This document shows positions 8,928 through 17,460 of a DNA stretch of 43,319 nucleotides, one piece after another. The stretch lies in sequence record PX907400.1. One strand, given 5' to 3'. The notes beneath the pieces are model-generated. The model was not told the DNA's origin and did not search any database. It worked only from the letters and a program-made list of their open reading frames with translations. The first letter of the stretch is position 1, and every line of letters begins with the position of its first letter. The stretch is from a phage. A program made the position numbers and the translations under genes.

Positions 8928-9683
8928 TTATTTCCTCAGGGCTTTAAGTTGCCGTTCAAATTCGGCAGGGTTCGATTTATACAGGGCTAAACGCTCTGCT
9001 TCACTCATGTCTTTAAACGCTGGTGCGGCCCCGCCGCCTTTGCTACCGGAAGCCCCGCCGCCGGAAGCTGCATTTGCTTTAATCAAATGCGAAAACGCTT
9101 TATGTTCGCGCAGGTATTTGCGGAACTGTTCCGGGTCAGTTGTGACTACGTTGCCATCCGCGCCGACAAACTTAGTAACCACATCATCACCTTCAAACTC
9201 AGTCTTAACGAACGGCGCGAGAATGTCTACTGCTTCCGGGGTAATGAAGTCACCCGCGAAAGAACCTAACACCGCTTTGCGTTCGCTGCCGAGGATGCGC
9301 TCTGCCATTCTGGAGATGCGACCATCTTTCTCGGCTAACACCGGGTCATACTGGCTACGAATCGTCTTTTCGAACTCGTCCATCTTACCGGCGGCTTTCA
9401 GGGCCTCCTGGTGCGCACGCTGCCGCTCTTCTTCGGCCTCTTTTGCTTTACGAGCGGCTTCTTTCTTCTCGTTCAGCAATGCTTCCTGGTTAGCCTTAAG
9501 CCCGGCGACTTCTTTCTCAATCAGCGCCTGCACTTCTTCGGCTGTGTACATTTTAGGTGCGTCACCGCCGCCTGATTTATCTTCTGCTCCAGCTTCTTCC
9601 TGGAACGGATAACGTAAAAAACGATTCATAGTCAGTATGTCCCCTGGACGTTGGAACCCGGGCCACCCGGATTTACATGTCAA
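8928..9683 (-). CDS. scaffolding protein
   Basis: Charged, helix-rich protein upstream of the capsid gene; track start is TTG at 9683, alternative ATG at 9629. Confidence 0.5.
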   Translation of the reverse strand: MTCKSGWPGFQRPGDILTMNRFLRYPFQEEAGAEDKSGGGDAPKMYTAEEVQALIEKEVAGLKANQEALLNEKKEAARKAKEAEEERQRAHQEALKAAGKMDEFEKTIRSQYDPVLAEKDGRISRMAERILGSERKAVLGSFAGDFITPEAVDILAPFVKTEFEGDDVVTKFVGADGNVVTTDPEQFRKYLREHKAFSHLIKANAASGGGASGSKGGGAAPAFKDMSEAERLALYKSNPAEFERQLKALRK

Positions 9684-9711
9684 GAATAAATTATTCCAAC
9701 ATGCAAGGCAA

Positions 9712-9975
9712 CTATTCCAGAATATTCCTCACATAATCCTGCAACTGGAATACTTTCAGGCGCAGTTGCCGTGCGCATTCGGCGTTCCGGACGTCGGTAG
9801 CTAAATCCTCGTCAGCGTCGCTACTTGGCGGCGCCAGTTTGCACGGCGGCTGCATCATCGTCGTATCCGGGGATGGAATTGGCGTTTGCGACGGCGCGGG
9901 ACTTGAGCTGCACGCGCTCAGGGTCAAAAGCGCACACGCTGCGACCAGGCGTTTTAATGTACTTAACGACTTCAC
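9712..9975 (-). CDS. o-spanin (Rz1-like lipoprotein)
   Basis: Signal peptide with lipobox LSAC, Pro-rich mature part; overlaps the Rz ORF in another frame; GTG start with GAGGTGA Shine-Dalgarno. Confidence 0.65.
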   Translation of the reverse strand: MKSLSTLKRLVAACALLTLSACSSSPAPSQTPIPSPDTTMMQPPCKLAPPSSDADEDLATDVRNAECARQLRLKVFQLQDYVRNILE

Positions 9976-10207
9976 GTGTGATCACCTCTGATTTCGTCTT
10001 GCCTTCGTTGTCAGCGGCTGCGGCCTTTGATTCATCCTGCTGCTGCCGTTGTGTTTTCTTCGCTAACTCAGCCTGTGCTTTCTGCTGTTGCTGCGAAACG
10101 AGATTCGCCCGGCCTTCGTTCCAGCCGCTGTGATACTGGTAGATGCCGTGTGCGTAAGCCAGGATGATAAAACATGCCCCCGCTACGACAGTTGCTTTAA
10201 GATTCAT
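9821..10207 (-). CDS. i-spanin (Rz-like)
   Basis: N-terminal transmembrane segment then Q/A/E/K-rich coiled coil; an Rz1-like ORF overlaps its 3' half. Confidence 0.65.
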   Translation of the reverse strand: MNLKATVVAGACFIILAYAHGIYQYHSGWNEGRANLVSQQQQKAQAELAKKTQRQQQDESKAAAADNEGKTKSEVITREVVKYIKTPGRSVCAFDPERVQLKSRAVANANSIPGYDDDAAAVQTGAAK

Positions 10208-10227
10208 GTTTCCCCTTTCTCGATAAG

Positions 10228-10424
10228 TAAAGCCCCGCCTTAAAGCGGGGCGCTAGTCCTTATCATTTAAACATAGAAACGGCGTAATCTCAGTAAACCA
10301 GTTACTTTTTACACAAGCAATAGAGTAAGGCCCTTCCGAACGCGTCAGCGCAACTACACTCGGACTTAACGTCCGGCTCCGTTACCTGCCGCGCCGCGGT
10401 CGCTTGTTCATACTTCACAAGCTC
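10228..10424 (-). ncRNA. putative sRNA or structured leader (copy A of a duplicated element)
   Basis: Conserved promoter then ~110-nt block shared with 21655..21752; GCTTGT...ACAAGC hairpin and a covarying hairpin; ends at GCCCCGC...GCGGGGC stem. Confidence 0.3.
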
Positions 10425-10430
10425 AGGTGG

Positions 10431-10459
10431 AGCTTAGCACATTTTTGGTGAAAAGTCAA
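10431..10459 (-). promoter_or_regulatory. sigma70-like promoter (-35 TTGACT, 17 nt, extended -10 TGcTAAGCT)
   Basis: Identical -35 and -10 hexamers and spacing at 21759..21787; palindrome AACTATTCGAATAGTT overlaps the -35. Confidence 0.45.
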
Positions 10460-10521
10460 CTATTCGAATAGTTTATTCCAACATTTACAATTGAGTGGAA
10501 TAACTGGAATAATCACAGGCA

Positions 10522-10544
10522 CTAAAAAGCCCCTTTCGGGGCTT
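10522..10544 (-). terminator. rho-independent terminator after the Ig-like gene
   Basis: AAGCCCC-GAAA-GGGGCTT stem followed by TTTTT on the minus strand. Confidence 0.55.
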
Positions 10545-10548
10545 CGGT

Positions 10549-11010
10549 TTATTCTGGCTTAGTAACCTTCGCCGCTTTACTGACGGCCTCTACCCCATCG
10601 GCATCGGTGACTTTAACGAAGTATTCACCGACAGCATTAACCGTCAGAGACAAAGCCTCTTCTGGGGCGTTTACCACTTCCTTGCCGTCTTTGTACCAGG
10701 TCAGTACACACGGCGCTTTACCTGCCTTAACTTCGACGGTGATGGTGGCGCTACCGTCGACCAGCTCGGTGTCTTTCGGTTGCACCGAGAAATACACGTC
10801 ACCTGCATCCGCCAGATACGGAATTTCATAAAGCATGCCCGCCGCGGGTAACGCAATACCGGTTTTATCTGCAAACGGCATATCGTCTTCGGGTGTACCG
10901 AGTACACTTTCATCATCAATAAACACCACGTTCTCTCCAGAGCCAGACACGCGGGCGTACTGGACTACGCGACGTGACGGTACATCAGTTACTTTGAAAA
11001 AGCCCATCAT
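10549..11010 (-). CDS. Ig-like domain protein
   Basis: CVLTWYKDGKEV...GEYFVKV resembles an I-set Ig-like domain. Confidence 0.5.
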   Translation of the reverse strand: MMGFFKVTDVPSRRVVQYARVSGSGENVVFIDDESVLGTPEDDMPFADKTGIALPAAGMLYEIPYLADAGDVYFSVQPKDTELVDGSATITVEVKAGKAPCVLTWYKDGKEVVNAPEEALSLTVNAVGEYFVKVTDADGVEAVSKAAKVTKPE

Positions 11011-12086
11011 TAATCCCCTTTCAGATAATCAGCAACACGTTTATCGAGTTCCGCCATCTGCTTAAGCGTGAGCGGATTCCCGAAACCATCTACAGATATT
11101 ACGCGAAACTCTTCCGGCGGTATACCGCTGTTACGGAAAATCTTACCTCGCACCGGGCCGAGCGCCTGGTCCTGAAACCACGCCGGTTGTTGTTTAAGGA
11201 ACTCGTAGTAAGTGGTATCCGCGCTTACTTGCGTTCCGCCATCAGCACCTTTGGCAGCACGTTTTGCGCCTGCATCAAGGAAGTCGAACTCTGAGCTAAT
11301 TACAGGTGCTGTGGTACTTCGACAATTCGGATGGGCTGGCGGCGTAGGGCCTTTACCGATTTCCCATGTCATGCCATCTCTGGCCTTGCATATCGTGCTG
11401 GTACGGCTGTCCAGTGTTGACACCCATTCGTATTTCTCGATGATGTCGCTGTTCTGCCGATAAGTCTCGTTGCGGGCTTCGTTAGATACGTGTGAAAGTG
11501 CGGTGCGGATTACGGTAGCGGCATTGCGCTCTGAGATGTCCGCCAGCCCGCCGGAGCCAACAACGCTCTTGATAATCTGCCGTGTTGTCTGGCCCTGTAC
11601 AAACCCCATCTTAACGCCAGTTACTAGGCGCGACACTTCTGTTTCACCCCAGCCTTCCATAAGTTTCGTGAAATCTGCTGGCTTGTCGCTTAAAGCCAGC
11701 GGTTGGAACACAGCGGCGGACCACACCTGCTCAGCGGTAGGGGTAACAAATTCCGTGTTAACGTTAGCCGCGAGTGTCTTCACACCCCACTCGGCCTCGT
11801 ACGCCGCCAGTTCCTTAAGGTCTTCTGTCAGCTTCGTTTGCCAGTCACCGGTTAACCCGGTCAGTGCTTCTTCTAGGTCGCGTAACAATTTATTCAGACG
11901 TGCTGTGCTTCGCCCGTCGTCGCCGAACAACAACACCTGCCGTTTGATTTCATCGCGCATCTCCTGAATGAATGGTGCTAGGTCTTTCACCTCACCAGAT
12001 GCGGTGCGTTGCAGCCAAATCTGGTGACTGATTAATGATGTCAGTAAGCTCATAAATAAACCCTGTGGCGCTAAAGTTAATAGCAT
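11010..12086 (-). CDS. head morphogenesis protein (phage Mu F-like / SPP1 gp7-like)
   Basis: C-terminal STLDSRTSTICKARDGM...HPNCRST block typical of the Mu F family; follows the portal gene. Confidence 0.7.
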   Translation of the reverse strand: MLLTLAPQGLFMSLLTSLISHQIWLQRTASGEVKDLAPFIQEMRDEIKRQVLLFGDDGRSTARLNKLLRDLEEALTGLTGDWQTKLTEDLKELAAYEAEWGVKTLAANVNTEFVTPTAEQVWSAAVFQPLALSDKPADFTKLMEGWGETEVSRLVTGVKMGFVQGQTTRQIIKSVVGSGGLADISERNAATVIRTALSHVSNEARNETYRQNSDIIEKYEWVSTLDSRTSTICKARDGMTWEIGKGPTPPAHPNCRSTTAPVISSEFDFLDAGAKRAAKGADGGTQVSADTTYYEFLKQQPAWFQDQALGPVRGKIFRNSGIPPEEFRVISVDGFGNPLTLKQMAELDKRVADYLKGD

Positions 12087-12096
12087 ATTATAAGAA

Positions 12097-12112
12097 AGCC
12101 CCTTTCGGGGCT
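12097..12112 (-). terminator. stem-loop between the portal and head morphogenesis genes
   Basis: AGCCCC-GAAA-GGGGCT followed by TTTCTT on the minus strand. Confidence 0.35.
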
Positions 12113-12122
12113 ACAGGTGGAC

Positions 12123-13604
12123 TTATTGCTGGGTGGCATCCTGCTGTTGCGCCGACTGCGGAATCTCGCCAGTTACCTGAGTAACAGCGCCTAACGGCAC
12201 AGGTGCATCCTCAATAGCCGTTGTAATCTCCTCGTCAGTCCAGTCAGTTACCCCAGCCTTACGCAACGCGGCGTAGTAAGCAGTTGCCGGTAGTAAACCG
12301 GCATTAATGTCTGCCATCCACTGCGCACGGTCCTGAGCGGTCATTGGTTGCAGGAAGAATTCCATATTCAGCTTGAACTCAATTTCCGTTCCTTCGCGTA
12401 GACCCAGCATCGCAGCCACCCAACGCAACGCTTCGGTGTACGCCATGCTTACGTTACGCGCAATGGTTGCCATTACGGACGTATCGGCAGCACGTTGCAG
12501 GCGAGCGGATTCGGCGGTGATTTGCTGCGTAGGCGTGATAAGCTGTGCACCAATCTGGATTGCCTGATTCTCTTTATCCAACATGTTCTGTTTGGCGAGG
12601 TTATTCTCTCCCGCCTGGACCAGAAACGCGTTGCCGCCGTAGCCGATATTGTGGCCAGAACGTGAACCCATACGTACGCCGTGGGGGTTGGCCTCTTTCC
12701 ATTGCACCATGCTCATGTTCTCACCGGGGGCGATGAACAGAGTGGGCTGGCCTACAACGAAGCTAGATTCCTCATTGTCTGCGCTGTTGCGAAAATGCCC
12801 GATATTAAGCTCAGCTAACGGCAGCAAAGGCGCGTCATCAACCGTCGCGTCGTTGTTGCTGGCCCCGATGAACGTGAACGGGATTTTACCGCGCAACTGT
12901 TCGCCCAGTTCCGGGAAGATTTCTATTACTTCGTCTTGCGCGCCGCCTTCCGCATCGAATCGGTATATGCGCTGACGGTAGCGCCCGTCAATCAAGTCGA
13001 GAACGCGGTATTGTTCCCCAGACTTGGTTTCAAACTCGGCTCCAGGTTCTGAATATTCCCATACCTCACGCAGCACTACCATCGTAACGCGGTTAACAGA
13101 GCCTACGCGAGTGAGTCGCCAGTTGATGATGTTCTCTGCGGTATAGAATGCGATGACCGGGTTTAATAATCCGGCGTTCTGTTCGGCTGCCGTCGCTGCC
13201 GCTGTCTCCGGCGCATCCACCAGTAAACCGCCACGACCCACCGAGTCAATCTCCATCAGCGTATCCTGCGCGTGCTGCCACAGGCCAACACCCGAGCCAT
13301 CGGCATTGCGTAACAGGTATTCCAGTTCACGTGGAATAATCTGCTCCGGGTCTTTTCGCATTACCGAGCCAACCATACCCGACAGGGTACGCTTGGTGAA
13401 ATTGTAGCAGATAGCGCCGTTCTCGTATTCTTCCTGGCGCTGGACTGCATAAGTTGGGTCCGGCTCGTTCTTCCCGACGTTTCGCAGATAGCGGATAAGG
13501 TCACCCTCCAGTGCGTGGCGCACCTTCTGCCATTTATCGAAGTGATGCAGCCATTCCCGGTGTTTTGTCTTAACACCCTGATTCTGACCGTTCATAGTTA
13601 ACAT
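12123..13604 (-). CDS. portal protein
   Basis: 493 aa ORF immediately after the large terminase; AAGAGGA Shine-Dalgarno; called from position and size. Confidence 0.65.
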   Translation of the reverse strand: MLTMNGQNQGVKTKHREWLHHFDKWQKVRHALEGDLIRYLRNVGKNEPDPTYAVQRQEEYENGAICYNFTKRTLSGMVGSVMRKDPEQIIPRELEYLLRNADGSGVGLWQHAQDTLMEIDSVGRGGLLVDAPETAAATAAEQNAGLLNPVIAFYTAENIINWRLTRVGSVNRVTMVVLREVWEYSEPGAEFETKSGEQYRVLDLIDGRYRQRIYRFDAEGGAQDEVIEIFPELGEQLRGKIPFTFIGASNNDATVDDAPLLPLAELNIGHFRNSADNEESSFVVGQPTLFIAPGENMSMVQWKEANPHGVRMGSRSGHNIGYGGNAFLVQAGENNLAKQNMLDKENQAIQIGAQLITPTQQITAESARLQRAADTSVMATIARNVSMAYTEALRWVAAMLGLREGTEIEFKLNMEFFLQPMTAQDRAQWMADINAGLLPATAYYAALRKAGVTDWTDEEITTAIEDAPVPLGAVTQVTGEIPQSAQQQDATQQ

Positions 13605-13616
13605 TGAATAATCCTC

Positions 13617-14867
13617 TTAAAGTGCGAAAGTCACAGGGATGTTGATTACTGGTTTAACCACCGGCATCTCGTAAACTACAGGATAGCCAAGCGCATCTGC
13701 CATATGGTCGATAATGCCGTCTTTAGCTGGCTCTCCGTTGTCGTCGTACGCCTGTTGCTCCAGCGTCTTGGCTATCTCCGGGCATAAGTGGTCGTTAACC
13801 CACAGCTTACCTTTTTCCAGCGCGGTATTCACGGCTAAAACACGGTCTTTAACTGGTGGGTTGGCGGATTTAGCCCGTACATCGAAACCGGCCTGCTGGA
13901 GTAGGGCGATGTCAGAGATGGACGCCGAGTTGGTCTTGCGGTTCTTGCCGCTGGCGTCCGGGTACACGACGATGCGGTGGCCTTGCGACTTCCACTTCTC
14001 AGTAATTACGCGCACGGTATCCGGTGTATCGAACAGGCCTTTCAGTTCTGCTACCGCGTGCCAGCCGTCTTTACGTTGCACATACACGGCGCTTGCGTTC
14101 TTCGTAACGTTGAAGTCCTGCCCGATGTACAACGTGTCGCCCGGTTGAATTACCTCTTTGCTGCGGTGCTTACGGCGGTCATATGCGTAATACACGCTGC
14201 CGGAGGTAAGGTTGACGAACTCACCATTCAGATACGCGTTAATCAACTGCGCCGGATAAGTCTCGGTCAGCGAACTAATGTAGTCAGGTGGCAGGAATCG
14301 CGCGTTCTCGTGTGTAGAAGCCTGCACCATCGAGTAACTCGGCGTCGGGTTCTCTTTGAACTTGGCGTAGACGAACTTGAACCCTTCCGGTGTCGTGGTG
14401 ACAGAGATGTGGTTAATTACACCAGGAATAACAAGACGCATACGGGCGACAATTTTGTTCCACGCCAGCTCAGCTTTCTCACGGCTCAATACATCAAGCT
14501 CATCCACAACCGCAGCAGCGATTTTGAAGCCGACTATCGAGCCTGGGTTATCCATAGAACGGCAGATAACTGTACCGAGCACCGTCTTACCGCGAGTAAC
14601 CACGACTTCTTTGTCGCCAGATTTAACCAGCACATCGAGTCCGAGCAGGTTAGCGGCTTCCTCAAATGTCGGGTAGAAGATGTCACGGATAGCCGGGTAT
14701 GTCGGACCGAAGTAACCCAGGCGCGTACCTGGATGCTTGAGCATAAACGTAAGCAGGTCAAGGCAGCCAACAAATGTCTTTCCGCTGCCGAAGCCGCCGA
14801 CATATGCCTTATATTTGTTATCACAATTCAGGAACAGCGCCTGCGGTGCGGATAGCTGAATACTCAT
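13617..14867 (-). CDS. terminase large subunit
   Basis: Walker A GGFGSGKT near the N-terminus; start overlaps the small subunit stop. Confidence 0.8.
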   Translation of the reverse strand: MSIQLSAPQALFLNCDNKYKAYVGGFGSGKTFVGCLDLLTFMLKHPGTRLGYFGPTYPAIRDIFYPTFEEAANLLGLDVLVKSGDKEVVVTRGKTVLGTVICRSMDNPGSIVGFKIAAAVVDELDVLSREKAELAWNKIVARMRLVIPGVINHISVTTTPEGFKFVYAKFKENPTPSYSMVQASTHENARFLPPDYISSLTETYPAQLINAYLNGEFVNLTSGSVYYAYDRRKHRSKEVIQPGDTLYIGQDFNVTKNASAVYVQRKDGWHAVAELKGLFDTPDTVRVITEKWKSQGHRIVVYPDASGKNRKTNSASISDIALLQQAGFDVRAKSANPPVKDRVLAVNTALEKGKLWVNDHLCPEIAKTLEQQAYDDNGEPAKDGIIDHMADALGYPVVYEMPVVKPVINIPVTFAL

Positions 14868-15409
14868 TCCTCTACCTCACCCATATTCGTTGTTACAATT
14901 TTACCTACAGGCTCTGCAACACTAAAAATAATCTCGGTCGGTGCCGTTTCTTCGGTGGATTCAACTGGTTTCTCTTTGCCGAGGCCCAGCTTAGCGGCAG
15001 CAAATGTAGCCGAGATTCCCGCGGCCCCTGTCTCAGTGAAGTATGCCTCTTCCAGTGCCTGTGCGGTCTCCCAGGCTTCTGCGAATGCTGGAATCTCACG
15101 CAGCCATAGCTTAATAATAGGGATAGTGACGCCGATGTGTAAGGCAAAGCGGGCCAGTGACGGCGGTTTATCCTGAATCAGCGGGCGTTCGTCACCCTTA
15201 GACGTAGGCACGAGTTCCCACGACGTGCGGTCGAAGAACTCGATTAACGCGTCGCAATAGTCCGGGTCCCACAACGCTGCGGAATTACGGGACGATTGAT
15301 AAAGGCTCTGTTTACCGCGCGGTCGTTTACGGCGGCGGTTTGCGCTAACAGCTTCTTCATGTGCAGCTTGCACCACCTCTGGCGATGGCTGCTTGAGTTT
15401 CAGCTTCAT
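14864..15409 (-). CDS. terminase small subunit, putative
   Basis: Directly upstream of and overlapping the large terminase; ATG 15409 has GAGGGG Shine-Dalgarno (track ORF extends to 15448). Confidence 0.5.
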   Translation of the reverse strand: MKLKLKQPSPEVVQAAHEEAVSANRRRKRPRGKQSLYQSSRNSAALWDPDYCDALIEFFDRTSWELVPTSKGDERPLIQDKPPSLARFALHIGVTIPIIKLWLREIPAFAEAWETAQALEEAYFTETGAAGISATFAAAKLGLGKEKPVESTEETAPTEIIFSVAEPVGKIVTTNMGEVEE

Positions 15410-15507
15410 AGAATCCCCTCGCATATGCGTCTGACCATCAGAGCGCATCAGACGCGCCCTACGCGTCTAAAGGGATTATATAAGGGGATTGGGCGGGATG
15501 TACAGAA

Positions 15508-15528
15508 AAGCCCTCGGTAGAGGGCTTG
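15508..15528 (-). terminator. rho-independent terminator ending the minus-strand early/lysis transcript
   Basis: AAGCCCTC-TACC-GAGGGCTT stem followed by TTTTCT. Confidence 0.45.
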
Positions 15529-15628
15529 TATCAGTTGTATAGGCCGTGGCGTGGTACTCTTTTACCGTCGCCGCCGTAATGGTCGTTAGCTACGGGAATG
15601 GCCCAGGCGTTAGGGATGATTAGTAGTC

Positions 15629-15787
15629 TCATTTGAAGAAACCATCCTTGACAAGCTGACGGTATAGTTTAGCTGCGTAACGCTCTGCCTGGCCTTTGCG
15701 CCGAAATATTTTCCCATTAACTGAATACTTATTTAACTCTGGCTCGTACCAAACTTGGTTGTCGATGAACTCCAGAATACTAATCAT
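15629..15787 (-). CDS. hypothetical small protein (52 aa)
   Basis: ATG 15787 overlaps the upstream stop; below the track cutoff. Confidence 0.3.
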   Translation of the reverse strand: MISILEFIDNQVWYEPELNKYSVNGKIFRRKGQAERYAAKLYRQLVKDGFFK

Positions 15788-16044
15788 TCCCCACTCCCCT
15801 CTTTAGCAATACGTTGCTCTGTTTTAGTAATACCCCGGCGCGTGAATAACACCGGGCTTGTCTTAACGTGCGTCATCAGACGATTGTTATAAATTACATG
15901 GCGTTCACAATCGACGTCTTTGCTGTACTTCGCAATCGTCATTTCGTTGATGCCGGTTTGTCGGCATGTCTCCGCCATCGTGCCAAATTCTTTAATCAGG
16001 TTCGGAATGCTGGTAATCATCCTAAGAAATTCCTCGTTGTCCAC
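15784..16044 (-). CDS. HTH DNA-binding protein, putative
   Basis: 86 aa with an HTH-like segment (TMAETCRQTGINEMTIAKYS). Confidence 0.4.
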   Translation of the reverse strand: MDNEEFLRMITSIPNLIKEFGTMAETCRQTGINEMTIAKYSKDVDCERHVIYNNRLMTHVKTSPVLFTRRGITKTEQRIAKEGSGE

Positions 16045-16211
16045 ATCGCATTCGGATATTTATTATCACGGTCCTGTACCACAGCAATCATGTTTCCGCG
16101 TTGCACAAGGCAGAAGTGCCGTTGCTGCTCACCATTGTACCGGCGCCAGATTGCTTCTTCGATTGCCGCATTAATGTCACTGAACACTGTCTCTACCCCA
16201 CATAAACCCAA
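16017..16211 (-). CDS. hypothetical protein (start uncertain)
   Basis: Track ORF with TTG start; a 31-aa hydrophobic ORF (ATG 16268) overlaps in another frame. Confidence 0.3.
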   Translation of the reverse strand: MGLCGVETVFSDINAAIEEAIWRRYNGEQQRHFCLVQRGNMIAVVQDRDNKYPNAMWTTRNFLG

Positions 16212-16273
16212 TCAATACGCCGATAAAATAACCTGCTGCGACAAGGCCAATAACCACCTCAAGACTCATACTC

Positions 16274-16456
16274 TCACCCCACTATCTCATCACCGAGCCA
16301 CGCCGTTTCTCGTATATCGTCGACCACACAAGCGGCGTGCTCACGGCTAATTGCAAAAATGTAGAAGCTGAACTTCTTCCCGTCGGCGTCGATGTGGTTA
16401 ACCGAGTATGGTTTCCACAGGACGCCATCGATAACTACGGGTTCAGGCGCTTTCAT
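16274..16456 (-). CDS. hypothetical protein
   Basis: 60 aa ORF in the early gene array. Confidence 0.4.
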   Translation of the reverse strand: MKAPEPVVIDGVLWKPYSVNHIDADGKKFSFYIFAISREHAACVVDDIRETAWLGDEIVG

Positions 16457-16691
16457 ACGCTTTACCGCATTTTAAGCATGTGACTCGATGCTCCCCATCA
16501 ACTAAATGCAGGCGGTAATCATGCTCGCAGGCGTTCATCTTTTCCTCTTCTCCTCTCAACAACATGAGAAGAACCTTAAATGCGGCTAACTGGTACTCAC
16601 CGTTAATCGACAGTTGCCCGCCTAGCGTCTGTTTCTCCGACTCAAGCACCAGAATACGGCGCTCGAGCGATGCGATTGTGATTTTAGGCAT
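16443..16691 (-). CDS. zinc-ribbon protein, putative
   Basis: C-terminal CEH...C.KCG; ATG 16691 chosen over the longer track ORF. Confidence 0.4.
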   Translation of the reverse strand: MPKITIASLERRILVLESEKQTLGGQLSINGEYQLAAFKVLLMLLRGEEEKMNACEHDYRLHLVDGEHRVTCLKCGKAYESA

Positions 16692-16929
16692 GACGCTGTA
16701 CCCCGCATTTAATACACTGCCTGCACATATCCTTCGGATTGTAGTCGAACTCATGTTCGCACTTGTTCAGGTTGAAGCGGTTAATCAGTTCACGGCGCGT
16801 CTCATAAAGCGACTCAACCATTTGCTCAGCTACAGCGATTTTAGTATTCAGGACGTGCATCACATGGCTAATGTCTGCGCCGCCGTTAACGGCCTCAACC
16901 ATCATCTTTTCGTATTCACGGTCAGTCAT
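16684..16929 (-). CDS. zinc-ribbon protein, putative
   Basis: C-terminal CEH...CRQCIKCG. Confidence 0.45.
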   Translation of the reverse strand: MTDREYEKMMVEAVNGGADISHVMHVLNTKIAVAEQMVESLYETRRELINRFNLNKCEHEFDYNPKDMCRQCIKCGVQRHA

Positions 16930-17083
16930 TTTTACACTCTCCCCACATGCGATTGAGATACTTGTTCTTGTCCGGGCCGGGGAAACTGTTACGTTTCATC
17001 AGTTCCTCGCGTGTCGGGAACGGGGTGTGACTGACTTTACGGCCTACTCGTAATGGCTGGCTTACTTGACCTTGTTCGCTCAT
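16922..17083 (-). CDS. hypothetical small protein (53 aa)
   Basis: ATGA overlap with the upstream gene; below the track cutoff. Confidence 0.35.
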   Translation of the reverse strand: MSEQGQVSQPLRVGRKVSHTPFPTREELMKRNSFPGPDKNKYLNRMWGECKND

Positions 17084-17229
17084 TTCTTCTCTCCTGCATA
17101 AGCTTCTTTCAGTGTTTGCATCGCAGCGAACCAGAACGCGTCCGCTGGAATGCTGTTGCTCAGGTTACTAACGGCGATGCGTGCCATCAGTTGTGCGTCT
17201 TTGAATGCTTCGATGTCTGTGATTTTCAT
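17080..17229 (-). CDS. hypothetical small protein (49 aa)
   Basis: ATG 17229 abuts the upstream gene; stop overlaps the next ATG. Confidence 0.35.
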   Translation of the reverse strand: MKITDIEAFKDAQLMARIAVSNLSNSIPADAFWFAAMQTLKEAYAGEKK

Positions 17230-17426
17230 TAGTTATTCTCCAGTATTTCTAACGCTTTCACGAGGTAACGTTTACGTAAAACATCAGTCTGCGCGCTATT
17301 AGCCCTGCGTATGTAGCCCGCAGCAGCCTCCATCTGTAGTTTTTCCACCGAACCATCCCCTATAACTGATGCGATACATTTAACTTCGAGTTCTTCGGTT
17401 ATTTCTATCGTCGATACGTTGCCCAT
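17229..17426 (-). CDS. hypothetical protein
   Basis: 65 aa ORF, first gene after the promoter at 17461..17489. Confidence 0.45.
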   Translation of the reverse strand: MGNVSTIEITEELEVKCIASVIGDGSVEKLQMEAAAGYIRRANSAQTDVLRKRYLVKALEILENN

Positions 17427-17460
17427 TTCTCTCTACTCCGTTCTCGTTGTCGATGGAGTA

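Noticed and set aside
7834-9612. 592-aa plus-strand ORF
   Set aside because: Antisense to the major capsid and scaffold genes; low-complexity Ser/Arg/Ala-rich translation with no motifs.
10320-10440. Possible tRNA or tmRNA in the conserved duplicated element
   Set aside because: No cloverleaf could be drawn; the GTTCGGAAGG segment lacks the conserved T-loop A58 and there is no anticodon arm or CCA-end context.
13977-14855. 292-aa plus-strand ORF
   Set aside because: Antisense to the large terminase gene, which carries a clear Walker A motif; Arg/Cys-rich translation looks non-coding.
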